A stretch of DNA of 63,093 nt, counting the filler, from Trichosphaerium sp. ATCC 40318 (Eukaryota > Protista > Tubulinea): NCBI GenBank assembly GCA_038496445.1. It is 3 parts of 3 records of this genome, joined end to end, with 100 filler letters (N's around TTAATTAATTAA, not from the genome) between each part and the next. Parts side by side here need not be neighbours in the genome. Positions count along the whole stretch, not along the records: positions 1 to 23,935 come from JALMLS010000047.1; 2 more parts are not named here. One strand, given 5' to 3'. The notes under the pieces are model-generated. The model saw only the letters and a program-made list of their open reading frames with translations, ran no database searches and had not been told where the DNA came from. This document shows positions 1-13,245 of the stretch, piece after piece (the first letter of the stretch is position 1; every line of letters starts with the position of its first letter). Both the position numbers and the translations under genes were made by a program.

Positions 1-875
1 TTTTTTTTTTCTTTTACCTCTAAAGTACATACTAGATGTATTCGCTGCAAATGTTTTTGTTAGTACTAAAGCACCAAACTTTCCGTTACTGTGCCAAACA
101 GCAATGGTAGATCTAATGTATAGTCGATATCTTATTAACACCAAAAGAACAAAACTGAAATTAATCTCAAAAATGGGTCATCGCTCAGAGCCTACTGTAG
201 CTTTTGGTGTGATGTATGAAGATAAGGATCCAGAAATACAAGCAAAGGTAATCACATTACAAACGCTTTAAAACGTAGCATGTCACATTAAGTTTAGGCA
301 TTAATTTTTTTTTTTTCAGGTTATTTTGAAAAAAGTCAAAAAATCGCCTTTGGTTATTGGTAATATATTGTGGCAACTACCTTGGTGCCCTCAATTTTCT
401 ATTCGTTCAGAAATAGGAGTAATACTACAACATAATTTCCCAACACAGTACGTCATACCACAAACAAGTTCGCTGAAACAAAAACGCGAAAATGTTTGAC
501 TTTTTTTTACAAACACTCACAACACAGCAAAAATTAATGATAAGATTATTTGTTGTGTGTCAATTCTAGATAACCGTAGTCGTTTTTTTTTTGAAATAGG
601 AGTGGATTCAATTTTCTTCTTAATATTTTCTTATTTTTTGAACAGCTTTCGTTGGTCCTGTTTGTTGGCCATACTTGGTTATTAATTATACAAATAGATT
701 TACAATTGGTGTTCTATACTACCCTGATGCTAATGACGTATCTTACGTCAATTATGAACGTCATAACAATGATAATCCTGAAGGATTTGAACATGGTGAT
801 AATGATGATGATAAAAATCAACAACGTGGAACGTATTTTGAATCTGTTTATTGTAAGAACGTGTTCTTGAAATAG
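1..875 (+). CDS. 3' part of an intron-containing gene of unknown function
   Basis: Open exon blocks separated by GT..AG introns (e.g. AAAG|gtaatc at ~248, tttcag|gtt at ~319, aacag|ctt at ~645). Last exon ends ...SVYCKNVFLK* at 875. No recognisable motif. Confidence 0.4.
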
Positions 876-1418
876 AACTAAAACACACAGAAAAAGAAAT
901 GAAAATAAACTTAAAATGGTCTTGCGGAGTACTCTCCTTTTGACATTTTTAAGAGTGGGTAGACAAAAAGTTGTTAAGATCCATTTACACTTGTTATTCC
1001 GACCCAATTTTACTGAGGACAGGTAGATCAATATCTTCAAACTAAGTTTGTTCCACTAGCAACTATAACAGATCCAGGCATTTGATATCAAAAAAGATTA
1101 TTCATTGGATGTTCCAATAAAATAGTCCTGTTGGTCAGGTTCTGACGTTTTTCCCGCATATTCCTGGTCGGAAGAGTCGTTTGTCCTTAATTAGCCCTTT
1201 GTTCCTTGAATGTAAAATAGTTTCCGCAATCCTGCGATAGCACCAACCCACAACCAAATCGAAGTCTCAAAAAAACAACAAAAAAATCAATATTACTTGA
1301 ATTTAAACTTAATATTTTTGTATTAGAAATATTAGCTGTTGAATAGCTGTCATGCTTACTTCTATTACAAAGCGCAAAATTATATTCTTACAAAGTAGAA
1401 AGGATCTCTTTATTTAAA

Positions 1419-3066
1419 CTAAACAACAATTTCTCCAGCAGGTCTAATCCAAAATATTTCATTAGTCTTAGTGCCACCCAAAAATCCATGAGGGAAAGGT
1501 AACTTATAATCGACAACCTTAGCCAAACGATCCATGTGATCTATAAGAAGTCCAATGTAAGTCTTAATAAACAGAGATGAAGTTACCTTGAGTTAGTGTG
1601 AATTTACTCTCCAAAGCACCAATGTTGTCTTTCAAATGACGAAGTTTCGAAATACCAATAAGAGCGGAAGTGACACCACGTTGTTGGAGTGCCCAGTTCA
1701 ATGAAACTTGAGATAGACTGGATCCAAGTTCTTTTGAAATTTTTGCAAGTTCATCAACAATATCGTAGTCTTTTTCACTCATCTGAACAACCCTATGGCC
1801 TTCGCCAGCCTTTTTATTTATGTAAGAACAAAAACGTGATGAAGAAAAGCGCTTACTTCTTGTCCACGTAGAAATCTTCCCGTGTACTTGCCACTGCCAA
1901 GAACGCCCCATGGAACGCCACCAAGACCCAATTGGTTAGCCATTGGAAGGATATCGGCTTCAAAGTCTCTATCACCCACGTTATAACGTCCTTGATAGCC
2001 AATGAATTTACTAGTTCAAAGTCAAGTTGTGAAATAAGCAAACTTAAGTACATACGTCCAACCTCGTAGTTGAGCGACTGCCTGAGCATACGATACAACC
2101 CACGCTGGTGCATCAGATACTGCAATGTATCGTACTTTACCTGAACGAACCTACACGGAACTAGTTAAACTAAACGTTCACCACAAGTTATCTTGTCGAG
2201 CTTTGTTTAATCTGCCAAAAAGAAAACCAAAATATTTTCGAATGAAATAATTGTTTACCAAATCATCCAATCCACGCATGACTTCCTCTATTGGCGAGGT
2301 ATAGTCCCAGAAATGTACATAAAAAAGATCCTAAAAAGACCTATTACCACCACGTGATACCCTCTATAAAAATTATACAATGTAAGTTGTTTTAAGCCTT
2401 TTCAACGATAGGTCTACAGAATACATCATATTCTTTCTTCCATTCCCAGCATGATTAACATTTACTTTGGATCCAAAATTAAGCCCAGTAAACTTTGTGG
2501 CAATGACAAGCTACAAGAGAGTAAATCACGTGACTCTTTGACATGGAAAACAAGACAAAACAACTCATACCTCTTCGCGGTTTCCTGCTTCTTCCATAAA
2601 CTCACCAAGCCATTCTTCGGATTGTCCGTTTTGGTAGTTAACAGCAGTATCAAAGAAGTTACCACCTTGAGAAATAAAGTGGTTGAACACCTTCTTTGCT
2701 TCTTCTTTCTCCATGTGTATGCCTTGATAGAAAGTTAAATAGCTATTTAGTTCACTTGATATTTTTTAACTAGCGCTAGTTCGGAATCTAATTACAACGA
2801 AAGAGTGTGCTTTAGTCAAGCAATAAAACTTGATTCTGGTGAAGAACAACGGATAACAGTTACCCAAACAACAAAAAAACGGACCCATAGGCTTCCAATT
2901 TTGTCCCCATGTCATTGTACCCAAACATAAAGGCGACACACGAAGTCCTAACGCAAGTCATCAAAATACAAAACCTTTGTTTCTCCGCGTCACCTGAACT
3001 GCCAAGAAGCCTGTACTCATTGAGCCCACTTTTACGTTCCGGATGTTTAAGCATTTCAGCTGCCAT
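1419..3066 (-). CDS. Aldo-keto reductase (aryl-alcohol dehydrogenase-like), multi-exon
   Basis: Spliced exons read YRLLGSSG|LRVSPLCLGTMT, GGNFFDTA, GNGRKN, YVHFWDYTSPIEEVMRGLDDL, VRSGKVRY, PWGVL, SQVSLNWALQQRGVTSALIG...LKDNIGAL, all canonical AKR motifs. Stop at 1419-1421. Confidence 0.9.
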
Positions 3067-3568
3067 GATGTGTTGCTTTATGTTATAAAGTTATTTGTAA
3101 AAGACCATTTTTAATCCGAAAGTGTTTCGGAAAATTAAATGCGGCGAGCGGGATTTATGATGTACCACATTTCTTGACATTGCTGTCAAGGTTGTATTTT
3201 TATGTAACCGAGGATAGGTTATCTGCGATCAACAAATCATACGAAAGTAGAATGTGACCTATCTGCTTTGACCACCAAATTCCAACACATCCCAACGATG
3301 ACCTCAAAAACACCTGCGTGAAGTGTTGTTGTACAAAAACACATGTTGGTCACGTTTTTCAGAGCAATTGACATTGTTGCGGAAAAGAAGTTGAGTTGCG
3401 TTACAATAACAATACTATTGTAGGTACAATGGTACGCCTATGTATTCCTATGCGTTCCAGTTTGTATTTGATAATTTTGGTAAAACTGGCTACAATATTG
3501 CAGATGAACTTGGCTATACTTGAAAGCATGTGTTTATTGTGGCCAACAGGCTGTAGAAAGCATAATTG

Positions 3569-3623
3569 ACCACATTGTTAGAGTGCCCAGTTCAATGAAA
3601 CTTGAGATGGACTGCATCCAAGT
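3569..3623 (-). pseudogene. ~55-bp duplicated fragment of the adjacent AKR coding sequence
   Basis: accacattgttagagtgcccagttcaatgaaacttgagatggactgcatccaagt matches 1675-1729 (accacgttgttggagtgcccagttcaatgaaacttgagatagactggatccaagt) with 4 mismatches. Confidence 0.8.
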
Positions 3624-4514
3624 GGATATCTATTTGCATTTTGTTTCTTGTGGAATTTCAAAAGTGTAATTTCAACATCAATATATTGGCCATTATCCTT
3701 TTATTACGTTCTTGAAGGCTTGTACCAATTATACAGCTAATTACAGTTTTTGTACTTACACAATGGTAGCGTTGTGGACTTCAGCGAGTGGTTTATGACG
3801 TAGTGTATACTATTGCGCCGTGGCAAGAGTAGTTTAGGCCATAACTGTGGTCAGGTAGTCAGCCTGCTTTTGTTTCAGTAAAACCGGCAAGTGTAGAGTT
3901 AGGGTTGGTGAGTTGTTAGAAACTACAGATTCAGTAAGATAATATGTAAGTAGTTCTTAGAGGTTCAATACCACTTCAGCTTATTATTTTATTTTGTGTA
4001 ATGGACTTAAAAGCAGCATTCCAAGCAAAGGAAATGGATCATTTTGACAAAAACGTGTTGGCATGTGTGGAGAAATGTCAACATAGTTCGGTGATTTTGC
4101 ATTATTTACGGGTGGATACTGGGATGACATACGTTTTACATCACGTGTTTGTCAAATGAATCAATTGTAAGGATGCCGTATGTTGTCAGCATGATAATGA
4201 AATAGTAATATTTCCTAACGGTGTAAGGTCAAGCATCGTTTTCAAGGCACAATGAATGTAAATGGTATTTTCCTGTTTTACCAAACACAACCTTGTAAAT
4301 TCACGAAATCACCTTTTCTACGGGCAAATAAGTATCTGGAGGCCTCCTATACACAAACGTGTCTTTTGTGATCTTGATACTAAACTCTAACAAAACCTAG
4401 TTGTTTTATTATGTGGCTGTGCTTAAATTGCGTTAAAGGCTTTTGTAAACTAACCACAATAAATTAAATCTAACGACACAATAGTTTTTAATGATTATTT
4501 GTGGTGATTGGGTC

Positions 4515-4788
4515 GACCAGTTAAAGGGATCGTTTGTCAACGTCATTCATCCAGCAGTTCTTCTGAAATTTTCGATATGTCAACATTGGGGCTGCGTGCG
4601 TCTGTTGACATATCGAAAATTCTGGGAGAAATGCCGGATGACTGGGTATTGCCGCTGTCATGTCTGCAGCGAGGTAGTGATAGTTAACGAGTCTACCTAC
4701 CTTCTCATGTGATGCTCAGCTGAATTAGGTGAAACTCCAATTCAGACGTGAGGCGTTGTTGACAAACGACTACTGGTCTTTCTTTTTT
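4515..4788 (+). ncRNA. Candidate structured ncRNA (or SINE/MITE) with paired ends and a Pol III-like T-run
   Basis: GACCAGT 4515-4521 pairs with ACTGGTC 4772-4778, and TCGTTTGTCAAC 4530-4541 with GTTGACAAACGA 4758-4769. Perfect 19-bp stem 4567-4585/4603-4621, three further small hairpins, and T6 at 4783-4788. Confidence 0.5.
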
Positions 4789-6689
4789 ATGGAAAGTTCT
4801 TGCCAATGACGGTTATGACAATTTTTAAACAGCCCAAACCCTCGCAATCCGCTCTTGTATATCTCCAACAGCTGTAGCACCAACCGCAATACAGTACCAC
4901 ACATCCAATAACATTACCGCCTATGACAATACCTTCAGCAGTGTCACCAACACGTGTCCTTTCAACTGTAGGGCCAACAACACCTACCATGACACCTTCA
5001 ACCACAAACAAACCTCTGGAATTGACAGTCAAGTTAGTATTGTTGCTATGACACTTGATAACACGTAAATGCCTAAACCAACACAAATAACATAACCAAT
5101 TTCTCAGTTGCCTCATACCAAAATTTCGTGCACCTTTTGAAATGTAACCTTGTTTACAAGCTAGATTGCACAGAAAATAGAGTTAACAACCAAACAATAA
5201 TACTGCATGCTAAGTAAGAAAAGTTCCAAACAGTACTCTCGTACACTGTACAACAGGTTTTTACTTGCAACAAAGCAGTAGGAACTACTTACCTCTGAGG
5301 ACTCGCAATGGTTCCACAGTTTTGATGCCTTCAACATTATGTACAAGCTCTGGTAATCTGACGCTCGTAAAGACATCGCCAGACATGCTGCAAAGGAGAC
5401 ACGCCTTAACAAAGAATGGCTTAAAAGGTTTACAAAAAACAGCACGTGATGCCTTCCAATATCAACAAAACATCACTACATGCAAAATACGTTAGGCCTT
5501 GTAACCTTGCATAAAAAATGGATGGAGTTTTCTTTGTTGCTCATAATTGTTGGCTTGTTTGATTTGTTCACTGAATGTGAGGAACGCTTTATGCTTTTAA
5601 ATCTCGGACCGTTTCCGGACCGAAAACTGATATCTTAGGTCCGGTATCAGATTGGTGTTCGCTACCTCTACAATAAACTGATTCAAACAACAAGACTGGA
5701 TCATTTTTTGCAACTTGCAATTTATGTGTAAAGTGTTAGTGATTGATTTAAAAAAAGGAGTCTATGAGAACTTCCGAAGACATGTAATCAAAAAAAACGG
5801 TCTGGATACAATGTATTCATTAGTGAGATGATATATGATAGGATATGAAGGCGAAATTCAAGTTGACATTACTTTTCAGAACAGAATCCTGTACAATACA
5901 CTCTACAGCATTGCTGCCATAAAACATGTGAATACTATTTTACCCCAGTTCTCCTGGTGGTACATAACAATCTTTTGCCCCCAACTCGACATTTCTCGCG
6001 GTGTTTATCATATATTATGAGCTACTAACCGAATCAGAACTCTTTCTCTTTGAGCACTAGATTTGTAAATCCTGTTTTTGGGATACACCACTTTTCACGA
6101 AAAATAATAGATCCAAGGGTGTTATGACAACATTCATTCTATTATAGGTACTAAAAGAGCAATAGTGAAAAATGATCCATTGTTTGTCTGCTGAATGGTT
6201 TTAGATTGTGATTTTTCTTTAACTAAAACATGTTTCGTTGCATTGTTAAAGCTCTATTAAAACCATTTTGATATTCCGTGATAAAAATTAAAAAAGTGAC
6301 ACCAACAAACTCCTTGGGAGTTTCCGTCATGTTTATCACTGGCTTGGTTGAGAAAATAAGCAGGCAGTTTTAGAGCTTGAAACAAACATTATGATATTCG
6401 GTGATAACACATAAAAGGGTGACCACAACAAACTCTTCGTGCGAATCACGTGACAGAACACATTTTTGGAGAGGTTTGTATGGTGTGAATAACCCTTCAT
6501 ACGCTCGAGAATTTACGTGTAAGCTGTTAATGTTACCTTTTAAAAAGATCTTTTTGAAATAGACATTAATCGTTGATACAGGTAAAAAAACGTGGGCACT
6601 GGCTAGCGAAATAGGAAGTTCTCGCTATTTTCAAGTAAATCACATAGATGTCTGCTTTTTTAAAGGCAACAACTTTCAGCATACAAACA

Positions 6690-7865
6690 ATGCATCGCCT
6701 CTCGCTAATACTGGCCCTTCTCGCTCTGGTAGTACTTTGTACGGTACGTGTTACTAAAACAGAAATAACCTGCCCAAGTATTTTTGCTAACTGTCTATAG
6801 TGCCAACCTGCAGCTGGTCCACTAACCACTGATACAACTACAGTTTCTCCAACTACTAATGATCCGCCAACTGATGCTACAACTACAGTTTTTCCAACGG
6901 ATGAAACCGACGTTACAACTACAGTTTCTCCACCAGCTGACACTACAACAGTTTTTCCAACATCAAATGATTCACCAGCCGACACTACAGTTCCAAGTTC
7001 TCCAACAGCTAATGATCCACCAGCCGATGCTACAACAGTTTCTCCAACAACTAATGGTCCTCCAGTTGACGCTACTACAGTTCCAAGTTCTCCAACAACT
7101 AATGAACCACCAGCCGATGCTACAACAGTTTCTCCAACTTCTCCAACAACTAATGGTCCTCCAGTTGACGCTACTACAGTTCCAACTTCTCCAACAACTA
7201 ATGATCCACCAGCCGACGCTACAACAGTTTCGCCAACTTCTCCAACAACTAATGGTCCTCCAGTTGACGCTGTTACAGTTCCAACTTCACCAACAACTAT
7301 TGATCCACCAGCCGACGCAACTACCGTTTCACCAACTTCTTCGACAACTAATGATCCGCCAACTGATGCAACTATAGTTTCTCCAACTTCTCCAACAACT
7401 AATGATTCACCAGCCGACGCTACAACAGTTTCACCAACTTCTTCAACAACTAATGATCCACCAGCAGTTTCACCAACTTCTTCGACAACTAATGATCCGC
7501 CAGCCGACGCTACAACAGTTTCGCCAACTTCTCCAACAACTAATGATCCTCCAATTGACGCTATTACAGTTCCAACTTCACCAACAACTATTGACCCACC
7601 AGCCGACGCTACAACAGTTTCGCCAACTTCTCCAACAACTAATGACCCACCAGCCGTTTCACCAACTTCTTCGACAACTAATGACCAACCAGCCGACGCT
7701 ACAACAGTTTTTCCAACTTCTCCAACAGCAACAACAGCTTCAACAAGTAGTCGTGTAAGCTGTATGCGAGGTTGTAGGGCCGATTATAGAGAATGTGTCC
7801 GTAATACCCCTATTGCTGTATGTAGAGTTGAAAGACGTTCTTGCCTTAGACTATGCCTTATTTGA
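6690..7865 (+). CDS. Secreted Thr/Pro/Ser/Asp-rich mucin-like protein with C-terminal 6-Cys cationic domain
   Basis: Signal peptide MHRLSLILALLALVVLCT, intron 6744-6800, then tandem PPADATTVSPTSPTTND-type repeats. Ends SCMRGCRADYRECVRNTPIAVCRVERRSCLRLCLI* (7863-7865). Confidence 0.85.
6830..7740 (+). repeat. Imperfect coding tandem repeat (~40-50-bp units) of the mucin domain
   Basis: Recurring ccagccgacgctacaacagtttc(a/g)ccaacttctccaacaactaatga units. Confidence 0.9.
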
Positions 7866-8968
7866 TGGTATTGTATTGCACACTGTTTAGTATTGTTCCC
7901 AATAGTAAACCCCTTCACATTCCTTTGTTTTGTTAGTCATTTGACTTTTAAAGGTTAGTGTTTTAGACAATAACCGTATATCAAATATATTTTCTGCACG
8001 TGATAGATTAGTTTGAGAAACAAGAATGGAAATAAAATTACTAACAACACAATGAATTAAAATTGTTTCAGAACTGTTAGCCACACCTAAAGTTAACCTT
8101 GCAAAGCATGAAGTAGATCCCGCATTCTGGTAGAGTCTACAATACATGTTGGAGATTCCTTCTCACTCAACTTACAATGTCCTTGAACATACCAGGCACC
8201 CTTCCCATGTACCTAGAATAAATAAACTATCAACATTTGACTAGATCACTTTATTCAAAGCTCCAATATAACACTACATCATTGAATTGTCTTGTATCTC
8301 TGAAATATTTGATGGCTGCACTGGCGTTATTAGCAGCACAGTGATACTTACGGCTGACCGTTATATTTCTCTTCAGGTTTTTACCTAAACATACACAACG
8401 TCAAGAACCTTGGCAAAATAGTCAAATCCTGGACCTGCAGCGGTTTGTCTTGTTCTTGTTCAAACGTGAATTCTGTTTTATCATGTTCATTCCTGATAGG
8501 TACAATTCACTCATAGAATACACGAAGAATAGGTACAACTTGGCCTGTCTATGCACCTCCCGGAGTTGCTAAGACTTTAGCTATTGGAAAAAAGTACGAA
8601 TACACCAAAGACGCAATATCAACAAACACTGTCAGCGTGTTGTCTTTAAAACATTGTATTTAGAGCTTTTAGGTGCGCATAGCTAGCAATAACTTGATAG
8701 TGATCACAAATATCCAATAGCTTCATTCTTATTTCCCAGATCATATTGTTTCCTGCTTCAAGACCACCATAGAGGTAATCTCATCGCTGAAACACAAAAG
8801 AACAAAGGTGAAGGGTAGTCAAGCGTTAAAATAAGGTTGCTAGCTTCAGTGTGAAATGAAAGGAACCAACGAAGTTAAAGGGTTTACCTCCTTTTCGTGC
8901 AGCAGATTTCGCGGTTGGATTCCGGTGACTGTCTTCGTAACAATACACACCGGGTTTCTTAAAACAAG

Positions 8969-9235
8969 CTAAGACTTGCAATGAAAATAGTTCTGTTCTT
9001 CAAGAAGAGGATGAAGAGTTTGAAAAATAGATACAAACAAGCTCAATACATTCTTTTGTAATACAAGCACGGAACCCAATCCGAATCGTATGAACCCACC
9101 AATTACGTACATACCTTCGTCTGTAATGTTTCTATTATCGCTCAATTCTATCGTATGAGCATCAAGTAAAGCTTTAATAACAACATCTGTCACATGTTGA
9201 CAAGAAACCTAAATTAATTGTGAACACTTGTTTTT
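8969..9235 (-). pseudogene. Leucine-rich repeat fragment, probably decayed
   Basis: VTDVVIKALLDAHTIELSDNRNITDEG resembles the LRR units at 12870-13110 and 20232-20470. Upstream frame is interrupted. Confidence 0.45.
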
Positions 9236-9582
9236 ATCTCGTTTTTGGATAATATCTTGCCATATTCCTTTGCTATGGCTACAAGTGATTCTACAGCTTC
9301 TACCCATATCCCATACTTCCCTAACGAAGTAAAATAAGTTTTAATTGTAATCTGTTTAAAAACCGTTAACCAGTTCAGCAATATTTGGTGGGTAAACTGC
9401 TATTTCCCGTGTTCATCGACATGTTACCAGATTTTGGTTACGCGTCAATGTACATAACTAAGTTGCGTTGTTTTAGAGCGATAAATCACGTGGGGAGTGA
9501 AATGAACTCATATTTTCAACAGTTCAAATATACAATAAGCTACTGTTCAAACTAAACGGTTTTCTTTTTTTCAATAGTTTAT

Positions 9583-11912
9583 CTACAGGTTTCTTAATCT
9601 ACTCTCATGTGCTATAACATATCTTTGGAATGTCTCTAGAGTTTCTAATACTTCTTTTTCCGCAAAACCGGCCATTGTTTGTTGATCAATAGGGTTAAGA
9701 AACCACTCTGTATACTCAAAAAGAGTAATTTTAGCGTCACCATCAGAGTTTGCCATTTTCTATGAAACAAGTTAGTCACGTGATACTAAATTTATACTAG
9801 AATTGTTTTATGGATATAGTAGTATGTATTTACAATAAAAAGTGCGTACATATCCAAAGTTTGTTATTTCTTTTGTCATTTTCTTCAATTGGTATTTTTT
9901 CATATATTTTTCTAGTTTTACTTTTGCTCGTATTTTTACACGTTTATCTTCACGAACGTTTATGTCTTTCATTATTTTATCAACAAGGAACCTATTAAAA
10001 ACCATTAAGATCATCCAAAAGCTGACAAGATAAAATTACAGAGATCTTCAAATTGTAGAAAATGAAAGGTAAAGAACTTACGGAAGTTGGCTTTGAAAAA
10101 ATATTCTGTGTAAGATAGAGCACTGCTTATTCATCATTCTAAACTCTTTAAAAGATAGCTTATTATTTTGATTCTTATCCATCATCATGTAACTTACTAC
10201 AAAGGTACAATTAGCGAAAAACGGCCAATAGCAAATTTTTTTACTTTTTCTGAAAGAAAAAACTACGTACTATCACACATCTCTTGGCGTGTGGAGACGG
10301 CTGTAACCCGATCCAACGCAGTTACAAAAGCCTTTAAAGGCACCAATGACTTTGACTTGAAGGATCTGTAGTAACCATGAAACAAGTTTGCAGTAACATA
10401 AGCATAAACTTGTTGAGCTGCATGCAAGTCTTTTGAAGGTAGATTTTCCATCGTTTCTAAGTATAGACTACAATCACGTGTTTCTATTAACGGCTTAAGT
10501 ATGCATCCGTTGAAATAGAGACCAAGATTCATTAAATTATGCTAAACACGAAACCAGGTAAGAACAAAAAAAGACGAATATAATAAAACAAGTTCAAAAA
10601 CTTACCATAATTGGGTACAGTTTAGCCATGTTCAAATAGTGGCATACTTGCTTTCTATCCTTAAGATTCATTACTAATGCTGGGTTGGCGTAGTAATGAT
10701 CTTTTAGCGGTTGATACGTCACTAAGAAGAAACGTTACAACGACATCCAATAAAATGGCGTTTTTTTACAGGTTGAAACGTACAACAGTCAAACATGTCG
10801 GTGCCCATCAATCTAGCTCTTACATGTAGTTTTCCTTTTGCCTTTCTCTTAATACCAGGACCTCCTTGGAGTGGTAGTATAAAGTCACATAGAGAGTCTT
10901 TGCATTGAGGTGTTAACTTCTTCATTGCGTTTCTTATTTCCCATATGTTTAATCTGGCAACAGCAACTAACACCTATTAGAAAAAAACCGATAGAATCAC
11001 GTGATAAAAAACTAAAATCGACAAAAAGGCACAAAGGTGTTTTCTTCATCAACAAGGAGAACAATTTGAGTTTTTCTTGCTTTTGATACTACGTACTGTC
11101 TGCTGCTTCTGTTTGAATCAAAAACTCTAGTTCAAAGCTTGTACCAGGTTCTTTAATAAGCATACCATCTTCAGACCATACACTTTGCTAAAACAACGGA
11201 GTTAGATATGTCGATAACTAAAAAAAATAGAGGCAAAAAACACAAAAAAATTAAAACACTCGTAAACAATTTAATCACGTGTTAAATATAAACGTACGAT
11301 AGGTCCGCTTGTTAATGCTTCACAAGAAACATGCGTTGTAGTAAAATAATTATCAGGCGTTTCATCACCCTTCCAACGCGTGCAGACGCCCAACTGAGGC
11401 GAAACTAAAGGTTTTAGAATACTAACAAAACTGCGAAGTCCTTTTTGCTTGACTACTCTCCTACATTACCAAAACCCTTTGCTGACGCATGAAAGAATAT
11501 TGGAGATGCGGAGAAGACGTTTTAAAGCAGAAAAGAACGAAGACAAACATTCACTAAATAAGATCTTTTTTTCCGTACCAGGGAATTGCCATTCAATATC
11601 GACTAGTTTATGGATATGTAATTGTACATCCAACACTCCATATTGTACATCGTCATCCGGACCACCGACCAAAACAGGTTGTGCACGTGCGACAAACCAA
11701 AGGTCCATACCAGGCTTTGTACTATGCCTAGCATTCGAAGTTTGGGCGCTTCTTATTAGCTCCTCTGTCAGTCCGCCAGCCGCCGGTGCCTGTGCTGTTT
11801 TAATCCTTCTACTACCCTTTAAAGAACCCTTGGCATCAGCGGGTACGCTTTTCCTCTTATCGACAAGCTTTGAGAATTGTTCAGAGTCACTTGCTTCAGC
11901 TGCGTCTGTCAT
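9583..11912 (-). CDS. Multi-exon protein with C2-like beta domain and C-terminal EF-hand-like motif
   Basis: Exons include GVLDVQLHIHKLVDIEW, VLVAVARLNIWEI...LPLQGG...KGKLHVRARL (C2-like), a Lys-rich segment and KMANSDGDAKITLFEY (EF-hand-like). GT-AG introns; stop 9583-9585. Domain calls are by eye. Confidence 0.6.
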
Positions 11913-12833
11913 GTTTTTGAAAATGAAAAAAAAAAAAGATCGGAGAAGATCCTTTTATGACAACATGTTGAATTCAATACTTCGTGACGTACTCAAAAGA
12001 ACGTAATTACCTCACAGATGACGTGAGCCATGAAAAGACAACAGAGCGATAATAAGAGCATGTTCCGAAAATAAATTGATGGTTTTTTCGATTAGGTGAT
12101 GACCTACAACATCTCTTAATTTTTAAAGTCTGTATCTACTTCACTACCTAAAATACAAGGAGTCATTCGCGACAAACACCAAGAGTCACATGAACCACGG
12201 AATAACTGGTATTATTGTTGGAACAATAGTGCGCGCTCAGCTTTTTAGGACCACCCAGCACTTTTAATTCAACAGCCATGAAACGAACAACTTAGCCGGA
12301 ATAAAAAATCAGACAGTAGACTTCTACTTAACGTTACGGCGTCTGTACGCTTCCTGCGTGCGTCAGAGATCCAAATTCGGCTATTTGCAGTACAGAAGTG
12401 ATGAGAGCTTTTTAAAACTGGACGAGTTTTATTTGTTAACAGGCACCTCAAATGACAAGGAAACTATTCTGGTTTGCGAAACGGAAAATTGTTAATGTCA
12501 CGACAAGAAGGTGCGAGGTACGAGTTATAAGTTAAGTCTATTTATTAATCTAAGTACAAGTCTATTATTGTGACAACATAGTATCCAAAAAGGTGCTACT
12601 TTTTTTTCAACGAAACAGTGACGGGGAAAGAAATGGTCGTAATTTCGGTCTTCATGGGACTTCTAACAACTTCAATTTTTCAACAGGAGTTCGTTGTGTA
12701 GTATGAGTTATCTTGACACTTTCTTTGTACACATGATAAAATACACAGAACCGGTACAACATACTGAAAGTTGCTGGCCGTGTTTATGTAAGTGTGTACC
12801 CCTTGGCTTAATGTCGGTAAGAATGGTGATTAA

Positions 12834-13245
12834 GTGTTTAATATCACCCAGCTAAACGCATTTAATCCCCTCAAGGCATTGGCAGGTGTACACACTATCA
12901 ACCTATTTTATTGTAAATCAATAACTGACAATAGCATTGCGGCATTGGCAGGTGTGCATGAGATTAATTTATCAGATACAAATGTAACAGATGAAGGTTT
13001 GAAGGCATTGGCAGGTGTACATACTATCAACCTATTTTATTGTAAATCAATAACATACAATGGCATTGCAGCATTGGCAGGTGTACACGCTATCTATCAT
13101 TGGAATAAGCGCACTGGTAGGTGCAAAATTAATTAGCTTGGAAACATTCAGCAAAATTATTTCGCGTCATGTGCAATATGTAAGCAGTTGTTGCTCTAGT
13201 AAAGTTCTATTAATCAGTAAGAAAAACTTACTAGTATCTCCATGA
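12834..13245 (+). pseudogene. LRR protein remnant (ALAGVHTINLxxCxxITDxG repeats), frameshifted
   Basis: Three to four ~22-aa LRR units with near-identical DNA (aaggcattggcaggtgtacacactatcaacctat). The frame shifts near 13095 and there is no clear 5' end. Confidence 0.65.

Noticed and set aside
3775-3985. tRNA-like A-box (agcgagtggtttatgacg) and B-box (ggttcaatacc)
   Set aside because: The boxes are ~180 nt apart and no cloverleaf can be drawn.
4805-5495. Possible Thr/Pro-rich plus-strand gene
   Set aside because: Two frames are partly open, there is no clear start, and the splice model is ambiguous.
6859-7758. Gln/Leu-rich ORFs of 172 and 118 aa
   Set aside because: Alternative-frame readings of the mucin repeat; the T/P/S frame has the signal peptide and proper splice sites.
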